A stretch of DNA of 64,000 nucleotides from Octopus sinensis (taxonomy: Eukaryota): the NCBI RefSeq assembly GCF_006345805.1, contig NW_021834615.1:1-64000 (forward strand), given 5' to 3'. Every line of letters begins with the position of its first letter. Position 1 is the stretch's first letter. The position numbers and the translations under genes are program-made. The notes beneath the pieces are model-generated. The model ran no database searches. It was not told where the DNA came from and saw only the letters and a list, made by a program, of their open reading frames with translations. Shown here piece after piece: positions 42,024 to 54,454 of this stretch.

Positions 42024-43391
42024 GTCTGTGTGGGGGCGCAGTGGCTAGTGGTTATGGCAGCGGACTCATGATTGTCGGATCGAGGTTTCGTAGTGAGTGT
42101 TTAATGCTCCACGAGTCTCAGGGAATTGGGTTGTGTTGATCTCTGCTGTACTCTTTCGCTACAACTTTCTCCCTTTCTTCTGTTGGCCTGCTCGCCTAGC
42201 CAACGGGGTGGCGTCATTTGAAGGTTAAAACAATGCGAAGCGCATTGTAACCATCGATGTGTAGCAACAACTGATAGCCTGGTCTGTGACGGTCATCACA
42301 GAGATATGATTTTGATTTTTGATTTGATTTTTCCAGTTTCAGCTAATGAGCTGTGGCCATGCTGGGGCACCGCCATATCATACGCACACAATACACGCAC
42401 ACACACACGCATCCACACGTACATACACACATACCAGCACAGATGTCCACGTATACCTTTAACGAACAATACTCATACAGATACGCACACACTTATACAC
42501 ACATGGGCACAGACACACACGCACATACACGTACTTAAGCGCACACACGCACGCACATTACTCCCACAAAACTCCCAAAAACCCCACATACACACGCATG
42601 CACAAATTCACATACAACCGATACATATACATACACACAATAAATGCCTACACGCGCACACGCACATACACATACGTATACACATATAGACACGGACACA
42701 CACACACACGCAAAAACATGCGCACACATACGCACGCACACAAGCACACGAATGCACACACCCAAACTCGACGCATACACACACAAACACACATACATAC
42801 ACAGAAACACTACAAAACACACACACACACGATACATATACATACACGCACACACACACATACTTCAAACTAGCAGTACCTACTACTTGACCTGTGGTAG
42901 AGACAAAAGGAGCCACGCCCAATTCCTTCGTTGACCTTATCACTACTAGCCCTACAACACGCAAAGAATAACAGCCACAACCACACACACATACACACAC
43001 ACACACACACACGTGTCATCATTGCACTCATACACTCATACACACACACGCACACGCAGACCTCCGCAAACGCACATATCCACACTTACACACACATTCC
43101 TCCTCCTCTACCACTCTCCTGTCTTTGAAAGAACTTTTCTTCACCCATTTCCTTCCGGTCATTCAAAATGTGACCGCGTGTGGACCGTTGGCGATTTTTT
43201 TCCTCTGTTTTCCCTCCTCTGGATCTTTCCTCGTCGTATGTTTCTGACGAAGAGCTCCGCTCGTAACGTTGATCGCTCCTTCTTTCCTTCTTTCCTGAGC
43301 GTCCGATGATACTATATTTGTTCCACGTCCTCACGTGGCTGTGTTCTTTGTGCTTTCTTGTTTGGATTAAATTTAAGTATATATATACATG

Positions 43392-43424
<33 letters not shown>

Positions 43425-43431
<7 letters not shown>

Positions 43432-46249
43432 TATTCGAGACAAAACCACTATTTTGCAAAACAAACAAGGAAAGACTTAATCAATACATAAAATTTTAAT
43501 AAATAGTCAAAAAAACCGCCACTACAATCGTTTCTTGTCTTGATCGACAATCTTCAGGTGGACTTCCAATCTAAAAAATCAATATTTTAAAATATAAAAA
43601 TAATAATTTTAAAATAATTAAAGTATGAATGAAAAAATATAAGTATATAATCCATATATAACCTATCTATAATCCATATATAATCAATATATAAACAATA
43701 TATAAACTAAAAAAACCTATCAACAATTAAATATAAAATATAAAATATAAAATATAAAATATAAAATATAAAACAAAACAAAAAAAAATAATAATAATAA
43801 TAAACTATATATACACCCATACGCATATACCTAATTATATACAACCATACCTAACTACATACACTAAATCACACACCTATATATATATCCCTATACATAC
43901 ACATAAAATGTCTAGGCAACTATAAATAAATAAAATAGCTAAATACTTCAACACAATACTTATTCATACTCACACACACACACACATACAACCACATTCA
44001 CGCTCTAGAAAACGGACATCACTCAAAACTATGAACGGAGAAATGGAATAAATGGAATTAAAAATTATATTCACTTGGTAAAACGAACACTACTTAAAAA
44101 TTATGAATGAAACAATGCAATAAAACAACAGACATCGCAAATAGACACAAATTACTACAAATTCCTTATCAAACCTACCATGATAACCAAAACTCATAAA
44201 AACATATAATGATAAAATCTCCCTTTACTAAACTCTATAACAAACCTATATAGCAATCCCCCTAACCTAAACATTCACACACAAATACACACACGTAAAC
44301 CACACCCCACGACATATACAAATACCCACACCACTTACACATACCAATACATACATATAAACCTCAACATATACTCCAAAAACCCACTCAACCCCACACA
44401 GACAAATAAACACAAAAATTATGAATGGATTCTTTTATAAAACTACCATGATAAGCTAAAACTCACAAAACAGAAATGATAAAACCTCCCTTTACTAAAC
44501 ACTAAAACATACTTATATAGCAATTCCTTTAATCTATACATTCACACACAAAACCACTCGTAAACCACACACCCATAACAAATACAAACTCCCACCCCAC
44601 TCACACACACCCACAAGTACATATAATCCTCAACATATACACCAAACAAAATTACTTTACCAAGGAACTTAACATATATATAAAAAGTATAACCGCTCTG
44701 GAAACGAACATCTCTAAATTAATGAATGGAGAAATGGAATAAATGGAATTAAAAATAAAATTCACGTGGCAAAACGAACACCACTCAAAAATTATGAATG
44801 AAACAATATAATAAAACAACCAACATCGAAAATAGACAAATTACTACGAATTCCCTAAAAAAACCATGATAAACCAAAACTCTTAAAAAACATATAACGA
44901 TAAAATCTCCCTTTGCTAAACTCTATAACAAACCTATATAGTAATCCCCCTAACCTAAACATTCACACACAAACACACACGTAAACCACAGACCCACGAC
45001 TTATACACATACCTAAACTAACTTATAAACCTCCATATACACCAAAACCCACTCCCTCCCCACACAGACAAATTAACTCATACATCCCAAAACCTATATA
45101 ACAAACCCATATACACATTCACACACAAACACACACACACGCAAAACACACACACACAACAGATACATATACTCCCTCACATATACGCATATACATACTC
45201 ACTAAACTCAATATATACAACAATATTTACACACCCACACTCATACAGATAAATAAATTATACAACTAAAAACTCGCACACAATCTCATATACATAAACA
45301 CTCCTATGAAAATAACATTAAATACATCATAATTAACCAGAATATCAAAAATAACAATATGACATAAAGGTAAATAAAATACATACTTACAATTCAGTGT
45401 CAAATTATGAAGTGAAATTAAATTCTTAGCCGTTAAAAAATCAAACCAAAATTACGTTACCATAGAAATAACTTATGTAAAAAAAGACTAACAAACAACT
45501 TGCAGTAACCCAAACCCATTCTCTATGCCTACCTCACTACTACACTATTCCATTCACAATTCCAAACAACGCTAGTCCTCCTCCCGGTTATTCACGTGGC
45601 AAAACGAACACCACTCAAAAATTATGAATGAAACAATGTAATAAAACAACCAACATCGAAAATAGACAAATTACCACGAATTCCCTAAAAAAACCATGAT
45701 AAACCAAAACTCCTAAAAACATATAACGATAAATCTCCCTTAGCTAAACTCTATAACAAACCTATATAGCAATCTCCCTAACCTAAACATTCACACACAA
45801 ATACACACTCGTAAACCACAGACCCACAACTTATACACATACCTATACTAACTTATAAACCTCAATATACACCAAAACCCACTCCCTCCCCACACAGACA
45901 AATTAACACATACATCCCAAAACCTAAATAACAAACCCATATACACATTCACACACAAACACACACACACGCAAAACACACACACACAACAGATACATAT
46001 ACTCCCTCACATATACGCATATACATACTCACTAAACTCGATATATACAACAATAATTACACACCACCCACACTCATACAGATAAATAAATTATACAACT
46101 AAAAACTCGCACACAATCTCATATACATAAACACACCTATGAAAACAACATTAAATACATCGTAATTAACCAGAATATCAAAAATAACAATATGACATAA
46201 GGATAAATAAAATACATACTTACAATTCAGTGTCAAATTATGAAGTGAG
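43425..46249. mobile_element. G-poor, internally repeated insertion in (TA)n with terminal hammerhead
   Basis: Absent at the orthologous tract of copy 4 (~61700); repeat units recur near 44070, 44760 and 45590. Confidence 0.65.
43519..43561 (-). ncRNA. Minimal type I hammerhead ribozyme
   Basis: CCAC-CUGAAGA-UUGUC-GAUCAA-GACAA-GAAA-CGAUUG-UA-GUGG; all core nt present; stem III self-complementary with wobbles. Confidence 0.85.
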
Positions 46250-46336
46250 ATATAGATATATATATATGTGTAGAAATATGTGTGTGTATATGTGTATGTG
46301 TGTGTGTGTGTGTGTGAGTGTGTGTGTGTGTTTACT

Positions 46337-46931
46337 AGCAGAAATACCCGGCATTGCTGGGGACTACAATGGCAAAGCTGGTATATAATATATTCCACTC
46401 ATTTTGAAACAGGTGATATGGGAATGTGGAACATTGACAACAAAACATTTGTAGAGTAAATGCTGGGCTAATTCTACTAAGCAACATGCTCTGCGTCCGT
46501 TTGGAGTGTTTCAGGCCCTAACATGTCATGCAAAATTGGAGGTGGGGTTTCTGTGATTTTTGAACGCACCGAAAAGCTGTCAGTGGATATACTCTCCTTT
46601 GCAGCAGTGTGCGCTGTGTCTAGCACGAACCCATCATCGGAAATTTTGACACCTCACGTCAGGTTTGATGTCCTACATCTCTCATAGAGTAAATTTGGAG
46701 GAAATTTGTTTGTTCATTCGCGCGGGTACCGGAGAACCAATGAGGGGATAGACTTGCCCTTGAACTTTGACGTCGGCGTAAATTCATGTTTATCTATCTT
46801 CTTAGATTCACCAAAGGATGTCATTTGAATTCAGATTTTTATTGTCTGATATTGTTCAGAAAATCCTTTGACTGGATTAAAGCGCCTTCTAGAAGATTAC
46901 TAAGGGGTTGAGATGGTAGTGTTGGCAATGA
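46337..46931 (-). mobile_element. Helitron derivative with canonical 3' end
   Basis: Hairpin CCCGGCATTGCTGGG (46349-46363), then CTAG|T on the minus strand; A|TC at the other end; RepHel motifs. Confidence 0.8.
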
Positions 46932-47025
46932 TACCTGTCCAAATATGTTGCATTGTTTTAAGTTCTAAACGATACTAAATACCCTGAAGTTCTATTTATA
47001 TGATGCTATTTCTATTTTTTCACAG

Positions 47026-47077
47026 AACCGTTTCATCTCCAAGAAATCTCTCGACGATAAACCTGATGACACACCAA
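47026..47077 (+). CDS. Gene copy 3, exon 2
   Basis: cacAG|52 nt|GTAAG; NRFISKKSLDDKPDDTP. Confidence 0.7.
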
Positions 47078-49758
47078 GTAAGAACTGATTTTATGGCTAA
47101 AGTCTTTTACCCGTGACTCATTAACTAATGGTTTATAATTTCACCAACTTTGAATTAGTTCCACATTATTATCCTTATGTCCACAATAATACATACTAAG
47201 ACACTTGCCTGAATTTATTTCAAACTATATTGTACTTTACAATAATTTCCTGAATAAAATGCTTTTATATACTATGCCATTTATTGTGTGTTTATGAGTA
47301 TATATGCAGTGTTACGTCGATAATTGTACCAAGAACTCTTCATCTGAGAATCAAATGCCCGAGCTGGCGCTTCACTGCGTTTGTATCTACAATTCAGCAT
47401 TCTGTCCACTCTTGTGCTTCCAATCGTTCGTGAATAGAGACCCGAAATAATGATGTTCCACTTTCCGACACAGTGCGTATTTGTCAATCCTTCCTTGGGG
47501 TACTCGGCAGCCAACCAATTCAGTGCACGTTGTTGGTGACCATCAGACGAATCAGGTAGCAGCATGTCGTCTGCAAATAACAGTCGACCGATCACGTAGA
47601 GATGGATTGGGATACCTCTACCACAATGGCTGTGCATATTCAACCAGATCACAAAAAGAATGTGATAAGGGGCACTAACAATGCACACTTCAACAAAGAA
47701 ACCTTCTCGTTGAAAAATTTCGACTTTTACATAAATACAATCATTTGAACATCCATATAAGTACTTTATGGCAACCATTAAAATCACCTTCCTGGTAAAC
47801 CATCCGTAACATGCCCCAGGGCACGTGATCGTGTGCATTTTCGTGGTTTACAGCGAATAAATCTTGGAAATGCTTCAACGATTTCTTGAAGATCTGTCTT
47901 TGAACGACTATGTGGTCGGGTGTAGTGCGTCCTGGACAGTAATCTTGGGCGCGACAATTTCCCTAAATATCTTTTACTGTCATTAGTGTAGGCTTTTCTA
48001 TAATTAGAACACGCTACTTGGTCTCTGTTTGAAAAATTGTGATTATCACACCATATTACCATTGCCTTGGTGTTTTTTGAAGAGGTCCCATCAACCTAGC
48101 GTACACGTGTCACTCAGAGAATACCATCTGTATTCAAGGTTTATAAAATATCAAGCCGAACGTGCTTTTCACCAGCAGCTTTCACTTTAAGTGAGTTTAG
48201 CTCAAATAAGCGTTCAACCGAAGAAGAACCTGCCGAAAATATAATACAACCACGAATCCATTTCGATGTCCAACTTCATTCAGGCGGGTCACTCTCATTT
48301 GGATGCAAAAGTCTCCTTTTCGTTTCTGATTCCAGCATCCACTGCGGCTTCCAACTGTATTCTGTAGGTCGCACTAGACTTACCAATTTCCAGTGTTCGG
48401 CAGACCGTAGAAATTTTCAGGTTTTCAGATATGTAGGTAGTGCGAGTTGACAATTCCACCCCTCCTTTTACCCGAACGTTCAGCAAAGAGTGAAAGATGA
48501 CCGAACACTATCAGAAACCTCTGTCACCAAGTATTTCTATACCAGGCACCCTTATAAATATCCTGTCTTCAAATAATATCTATACCATAGAGAGGAGTGT
48601 GTATCCTGCACAGAAGCCTGCTAAGACCTCTCCATTAAGTTCACTGACGACGTTCCTTCCAATCAATCCTTCTCACGGTTATCAGTGCCAAGGTGTGCAC
48701 TGAAGTCTCCTTGCAGGACAAATGACTTTACCCCAAATATATCTAAAGCTGAGATGAATTTGCTTAGGAAGGATTTGTATTTGACCTAGCTGTTTGCTGC
48801 ATATACTTTCAACAGCCACAGTGGTCTTTCATATTCAGCCTTAGTTTCAAGAGGTGAACCCTCACACCTAGTAGGTTTCACTCCATTATACAATCCGAAA
48901 GCTGGGGATTGAGAGTATCCTAATCCCACCTGTGCAGACATTGTTGGCACCACAGTTGCGTAGTGGAGTTTTCAAGCCTATATCCAGGTGTACGCTATCG
49001 GAAAGGAAATTTTGTAGAGGAGACACCGATTATATCTTACAGGCAGATTATATCTAACAATTTTGACGTTTTAATTCTCAATTATTAAAGGTTGTTCCCT
49101 TCTTGATCTGCTTTCGTGTCCTGAGACCGTCAATTTTGAGCTCCCACCCCACGCACGCCAGAGATTAATTTGCAGGCTTCTTGCTGGTTGCACCGGTATT
49201 GGGTGGGTTGTGCTATACATTTATCGATCGGACTCCTCTACTCGAGATACGGATGCGATGTCTTTTAACTAATCGACAAATGATGCGGTATGGTTGTTAT
49301 TTTCATATTGTAGTTATGATGGCCTTATTTGCGCCGAGTTCCAAACTGATATTTGTAATTGACCGATGAATATTCGCACCTGGCGAATTTTTTATCATTA
49401 TTCTATTGAGTTTTATCATTATTCTATTGAAATTTATACTCATACCCAAGTTTACGTATCATACATACATCCGTTCATAGCGGAGACCGATACACATTCT
49501 GATATTCTGAGATTAATCTCTGAAATCTTTGACATCAACGTCAACAACAGGCTCAACAGACAAATGTCTTTTTCTTTCTTTACAATTTATTCTTATTATT
49601 TACATCTTTCGTTCTGACTTTCATTCATTCACTCGTTCTTTCTTAATTCTATAATTTTCTCTTCTCTATCAATTCCTTCTCATCCAACAATCTACTTTGT
49701 AAATGATTCCCCCCAATTCTTTCTTTTAAAACTACATTATTCCATTTTAATTTCACAG

Positions 49759-49833
49759 AACCCGGTCTCGGATCATTGTATACCCGGTGGGGCAGAACAA
49801 CTTGTCCTCCTTATTCAAAACTTGTATATGAAG
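49759..49833 (+). CDS. Gene copy 3, exon 3
   Basis: 75 nt; KPGLGSLYTRWGRTTCPPYSKLVYE(G)|GTTAGT. Confidence 0.85.
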
Positions 49834-50885
49834 GTTAGTATAATTTATATTTCTGATCTCTCATTCTCTTTTTGTCTTTCTCTTGTTCTCTTTTTATACC
49901 TCTCATTCTCTCTTTTTGTTGCCTCTCTTTCTCTCTAACCCTCTCTCTCACGCACACGCACACACACTCAACCTTTGTCGGGTTGTCTAACATAAACATT
50001 CTCAAATCCTCTTATGGTATGTCACGTTTCAAACGTCTATACCTGTAGACTATACAGACACTACACAAGACTGCTTACTCCTTTGTAGGTATTTGGTCAT
50101 ATCAGAATATTATAAGTTGTCTACTACGGACCAAGTGAAAATGATGCTAATTGGTGATCAATTGTACAGGCTACGGATGGTGGTATTGTACGTGAGTGAC
50201 TAGAGCTGAATAGTGGCCACTTGACTACTTTTAACTAGAATGCGCAATGATCGTATGTGTGGGCTAAATTGAATAGAGTCTATTAGAATTGATGACAGTG
50301 ACTGTAAATGGTGAAAGGAATAAACACACATGTAGAATGAGGACTGGACAAGCCAATGCTTTAAGTGATGGAAAAAGCTAAGGACTGTATTCATTAAGTA
50401 AAATAGAGAGACTAAATATTAGTGAGAGAACACAACAGAGTACAGAATGCACTTCTATTCTTCTCCGCCTCACCGAAATCGTCCTATCGCTAAAACCTTG
50501 CTCTTTTCATGCACCACATCACCTCATTAATTATCCAGTATATCTTTGTAAGGTAATTCCGAAACTTCCAATTCAAAACTGCTGCTACAAACTGCGTCCC
50601 CAATCAACCTCACATTCCTTAGAAATGCTCTGAATCTGCTCTTTATAAACCCTATACGTATGTTTTTTCGGTCGCCGCTTCCATCACCAAAAATATCCCC
50701 GTTCACTCGTGAACAAATTTTCCATTTCGGGTAAACACGAGTACATGCGTTACAGAATTCCTTCTTTTTCTCCTCTATTAACACATCCACGCAAAAACAC
50801 TTCCCCATGTAACATACATAATAATCCACGTCATCACCTCAAATACTTACCCGTATAAACACAACATATATATACATATAACTAC

Positions 50886-50933
<48 letters not shown>

Positions 50934-50961
50934 CAAATAAAAACAAGATGCGAAGGATTCA

Positions 50962-51039
50962 GCGGTACATATTTTTCGGGCCTTTATTAGACAGATTTAT
51001 AACAATGCATAATGTATGTCTGTGGCCTTCTTCAGCCGC
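50962..51039 (-). ncRNA. Type I hammerhead motif (stem III mismatch)
   Basis: GCGG-CUGAAGA-AGGCC..AGGCCC-GAAA-AAUAUG-UA-CCGC. Confidence 0.7.
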
Positions 51040-52895
51040 GCACAACAACTTCCACAAGGGCATGTGTTACATCAATCAAAATTCTTGGTTGGGGATGCAA
51101 ATCCTCCCATTCGCGTGCGACATAATGCGGCAGCAGCATAGAATTGAAGCGTCCATCTCTTTCTTCCCTCAATGTAGGATGAGGAAAAATGGATGTTGAA
51201 GTAATGTAAATAAATAAATACATGTATATACGTGAAGATGGAGGGGCGAGAATTCAGGACGAGGGATAAAAAATGTATAAAAAGTGTAAGTATAGAAAAA
51301 TATAAAAATGTAGAGCATAAAGATATAAAGAGATATAAGGAGATGTAAAGGGGGTATAAAGAATATAAAGAAATATAAAGAAATATAAATAAATGTAAAG
51401 GCATAAGGTTATAAAGTAAAAATAGAAATAGAAATAAAAATAAAAGTAAAAAAACATGATAAAAATGTAACAAAATATAAAAAAAAATAAAGATAAGGGA
51501 TGTATAGAGGTTAAGGACCAAGCATGGTGGTCAGGAGATTGATAAAGTTTAGTTGTAGAATTGTCAGTAAATCAACAGTTTCGTCTGGGGACCTAATGCG
51601 TTGTAAATCAGAGCTGTTGAGCGTTTAATCTGGTTCCTTGAATTATTTGGACTTCTAGTACATACATACCAACATGGATACACACACCCATATACACGCG
51701 TACATATACGCCTCCAAGCCTATAAGCATACACACGCACTCGCGTGTAAACATGCATATAAACACACACCACACCCACACGTACGTGCGTACACATACAT
51801 ACATACAACAGAATATCCGCATGTATACACGGACACTATACATGTACACACTCACATGTACATACGCGCGCCCATCCCCACATACACACACGCATATGCC
51901 CACGCTTCCAGGTCTAGATATAAGATATTAAAGGATGTATATAAGGCGTATGTAAGGAATCACGTCTATGCGTGCACGCACACACGGCTGTGTGTACGTA
52001 TGTGCGTGCACACATACACCTACACACACACACAGAGACATAGGGGTATAGTTATAAGATATCAAAATATGCATGTACATATATGCGCGCGTTTATGTAT
52101 GTATGCGTATACATACGTACAGAACGACGCTCGCATAGTCAAAAGTGGATCTATAGGTAGTAAATAAACACATATAGAGATGTAAAGCGATAAGTTAGGG
52201 GTAAGAATGAGGGTAAGGGTAAAAATTAGAAATAAAAGTAAGAAATACAGTATAAAATAAGAAATACAATGTAATAGTTAGAAATGAAATATAAAATTAA
52301 AAAATTATAAGAGTTAAGGTAAGGGATGAAAATGAAAATGAGAATAAATGGAAGTAGAATAAGAGTAAAAATAAATAAAATAAAATAAGATAAAAATATA
52401 ATTTAACATGAGATGAAGGTGGTTGAAAGTTAGAGGTGTGTGTTAAAAGTGTCCACGTAGGGGCGGGCGGGGGGAACTGAAAATTGGAAGGGTGGGAAGT
52501 GGAGTTTGGCGGTGTGCGTTCAACATCCGAGTTAGAAATGTGAAAGGGTATAGATATAGGGAAGTAAAGAGACTATATAGGAAGGATATGGGTGTAGGAG
52601 AAGAAATTTAGGGAAAAGAAGTCATATATGGGAGACAAAATTTGTATATATAGGAGGAAAATGCAGGGAAACATATATGCACATACACACACCACACCAC
52701 ACAACACACGCACATATATATATATATATATATGTACATATACGTACACATATGTGAACATACATATACATACAACACACATACGCATATACATATTCTA
52801 TGCTGCTGCCGCATTATGTCGTACGCGAATGGGAGGATTTGCATCCCCAACCAAGAATTTTTGATGTAACACATGCCCTTGTGGAAGTTTGTTGT

Positions 52896-52976
52896 GCGCG
52901 GCTGAAGAAGCCACAGACATACATTATGCATTGTTATAAATCTGTCTAATAAAGGCCCGAAACATATGTACCGCGC
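52896..52976 (+). ncRNA. Minimal type I hammerhead ribozyme
   Basis: GCGCGG-CUGAAGA-AGCC..GGCCC-GAAA-CAUAUG-UA-CCGCGC; 6-bp stem I; palindromic ACAUAUGU; predicted cut after 52970. Confidence 0.85.
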
Positions 52977-53084
52977 TGAATCCTTCGCATCTTGTTTTTA
53001 TTTTGATCAATTTACTCCACCACCTACACCATCAAACGGTATACACAGGTGCTTATAATTATCAAGTACTCACCCCGAATTTCT

Positions 53085-53149
<65 letters not shown>

Positions 53150-53162
53150 TTATATGTAATAT

Positions 53163-53211
<49 letters not shown>

Positions 53212-53578
53212 TATATATTATATAATATATATATATATGTATATATATTATGTTAATATATCTGGCAGACTATTGACAATGAAACGGAAGGTCTTATCAT
53301 ATATTATAGTTAAATATTTTAAACAATGTTGCTATGAATACAGTTGAAGTTTAGGGTTTTCCAAAGAATTATTTAGAAGAATATTATAACAAAAGGATAG
53401 AAATTGTTGAATATTTTTCTATTCATAAGTATTCATAAATTTCTTGATAATTTTATTAACTTCTATGCTGAAGTAGAGACAACGTGATCTTTGAGTATCT
53501 CCTTAACTTCTTGGAGATTTTAGGTATAATTATACTAATGTGTCAATCTGTTTTAATTTAATTAAATCCTATGTATTG

Positions 53579-53667
53579 GTGCAGCTGAAGATTCCACTAT
53601 ATTTTAAATTGATGTGATTATTGTATTGTTCAATTAAATGGAGTTGCATGAAACAATTGTACTGCAT
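53579..53667 (+). ncRNA. Minimal type I hammerhead motif
   Basis: GUGCAG-CUGAAGA..GAAA-CAAUUG-UA-CUGCAU; palindromic ACAAUUGU; stem II base degenerate; orthologue of 32403-32491. Confidence 0.7.
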
Positions 53668-53701
53668 TATCTCTGGATATCCTTGTTACTACTTACTTTG
53701 A

Positions 53702-53749
<48 letters not shown>

Positions 53750-53956
53750 AAGAGAATGCAAATGCACTGCTACGTTCTCGTGCATACAGTATCACACAGC
53801 TTACACTCATATAACACTAACATATACACCACAATTCGTTCACACGCGAGTAAACATGACTTCTTTTAAGGGTTAAAATGTAATGAATGTTTCCGTTAGT
53901 TCATATATAATTTTGCTTAATATCTTTTTTACTTGATTTATTCTTACCAATTCTAG

Positions 53957-54454
53957 GTGTTGTTGGTGGACAACATTATACCCATACTGGTGGCGGAAGT
54001 AATCTCTTGTGTTTACCTAACGATCCCATTTGGGCCAATTATACGACTGAAGTTGAAGAAGGTGGTTACATTTATGGCAGTGAATATGAAATATCCCACT
54101 ACTCAAATAAACTCTTTTCTTTTGCAAACGCTGAATCAATTCATGATCACAACGTTCCGTGCGCTGTCTGTTTGACACGACAACCTGCTGTTTTTATGAT
54201 GTTACCAGCCAGGACACAGTGTTACGCTGGTTGGACATCTGAATATTCAGGATATTTGATGACCGCGGGTTCTGGTCATAAGGGCAGACTTGAATATGTG
54301 TGTGTGGATTATGCACCAGAAGCTGATCCAGCGGGTTACAGAAACGAAAATGGAGCTCTACTATATTTTCGTTCAGGCTGCTTGTGGTTCATTGCCATGT
54401 CCACCGTATGTCAATGGTCGAGAATTAACCTGCGTTGTGTGCAGTAAATACTGA
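53957..54454 (+). CDS. Gene copy 3, exon 4 (+1 T frameshift near 54367)
   Basis: Homologous to 20536-21035, one codon shorter in the EY loop; TATTTTCGTT vs TATTTCGTT shifts the last ~30 codons; AATAAA at 54515-54520. Confidence 0.8.

Larger units (their letters stand above)
50932..53085. mobile_element. Young PLE-derived insertion with ~213-bp inverted hammerhead-bearing arms
   Basis: Inverted repeat 50932-51144 / 52795-53007; (TA)n on the left, (TC)n(TA)n on the right; copy 3 only. Confidence 0.8.

Noticed and set aside
43560-46249. G-to-A hypermutation as the cause of the G-poor region
   Set aside because: Differences between the internal repeats include both A/G and C/T changes with no clear direction by eye
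46344-46380. Apparent 39-nt exon with PGIAGD collagen-like reading (also ~61814-61852)
   Set aside because: It is the Helitron 3' hairpin region; no polypyrimidine tract; missing from copies 1 and 2
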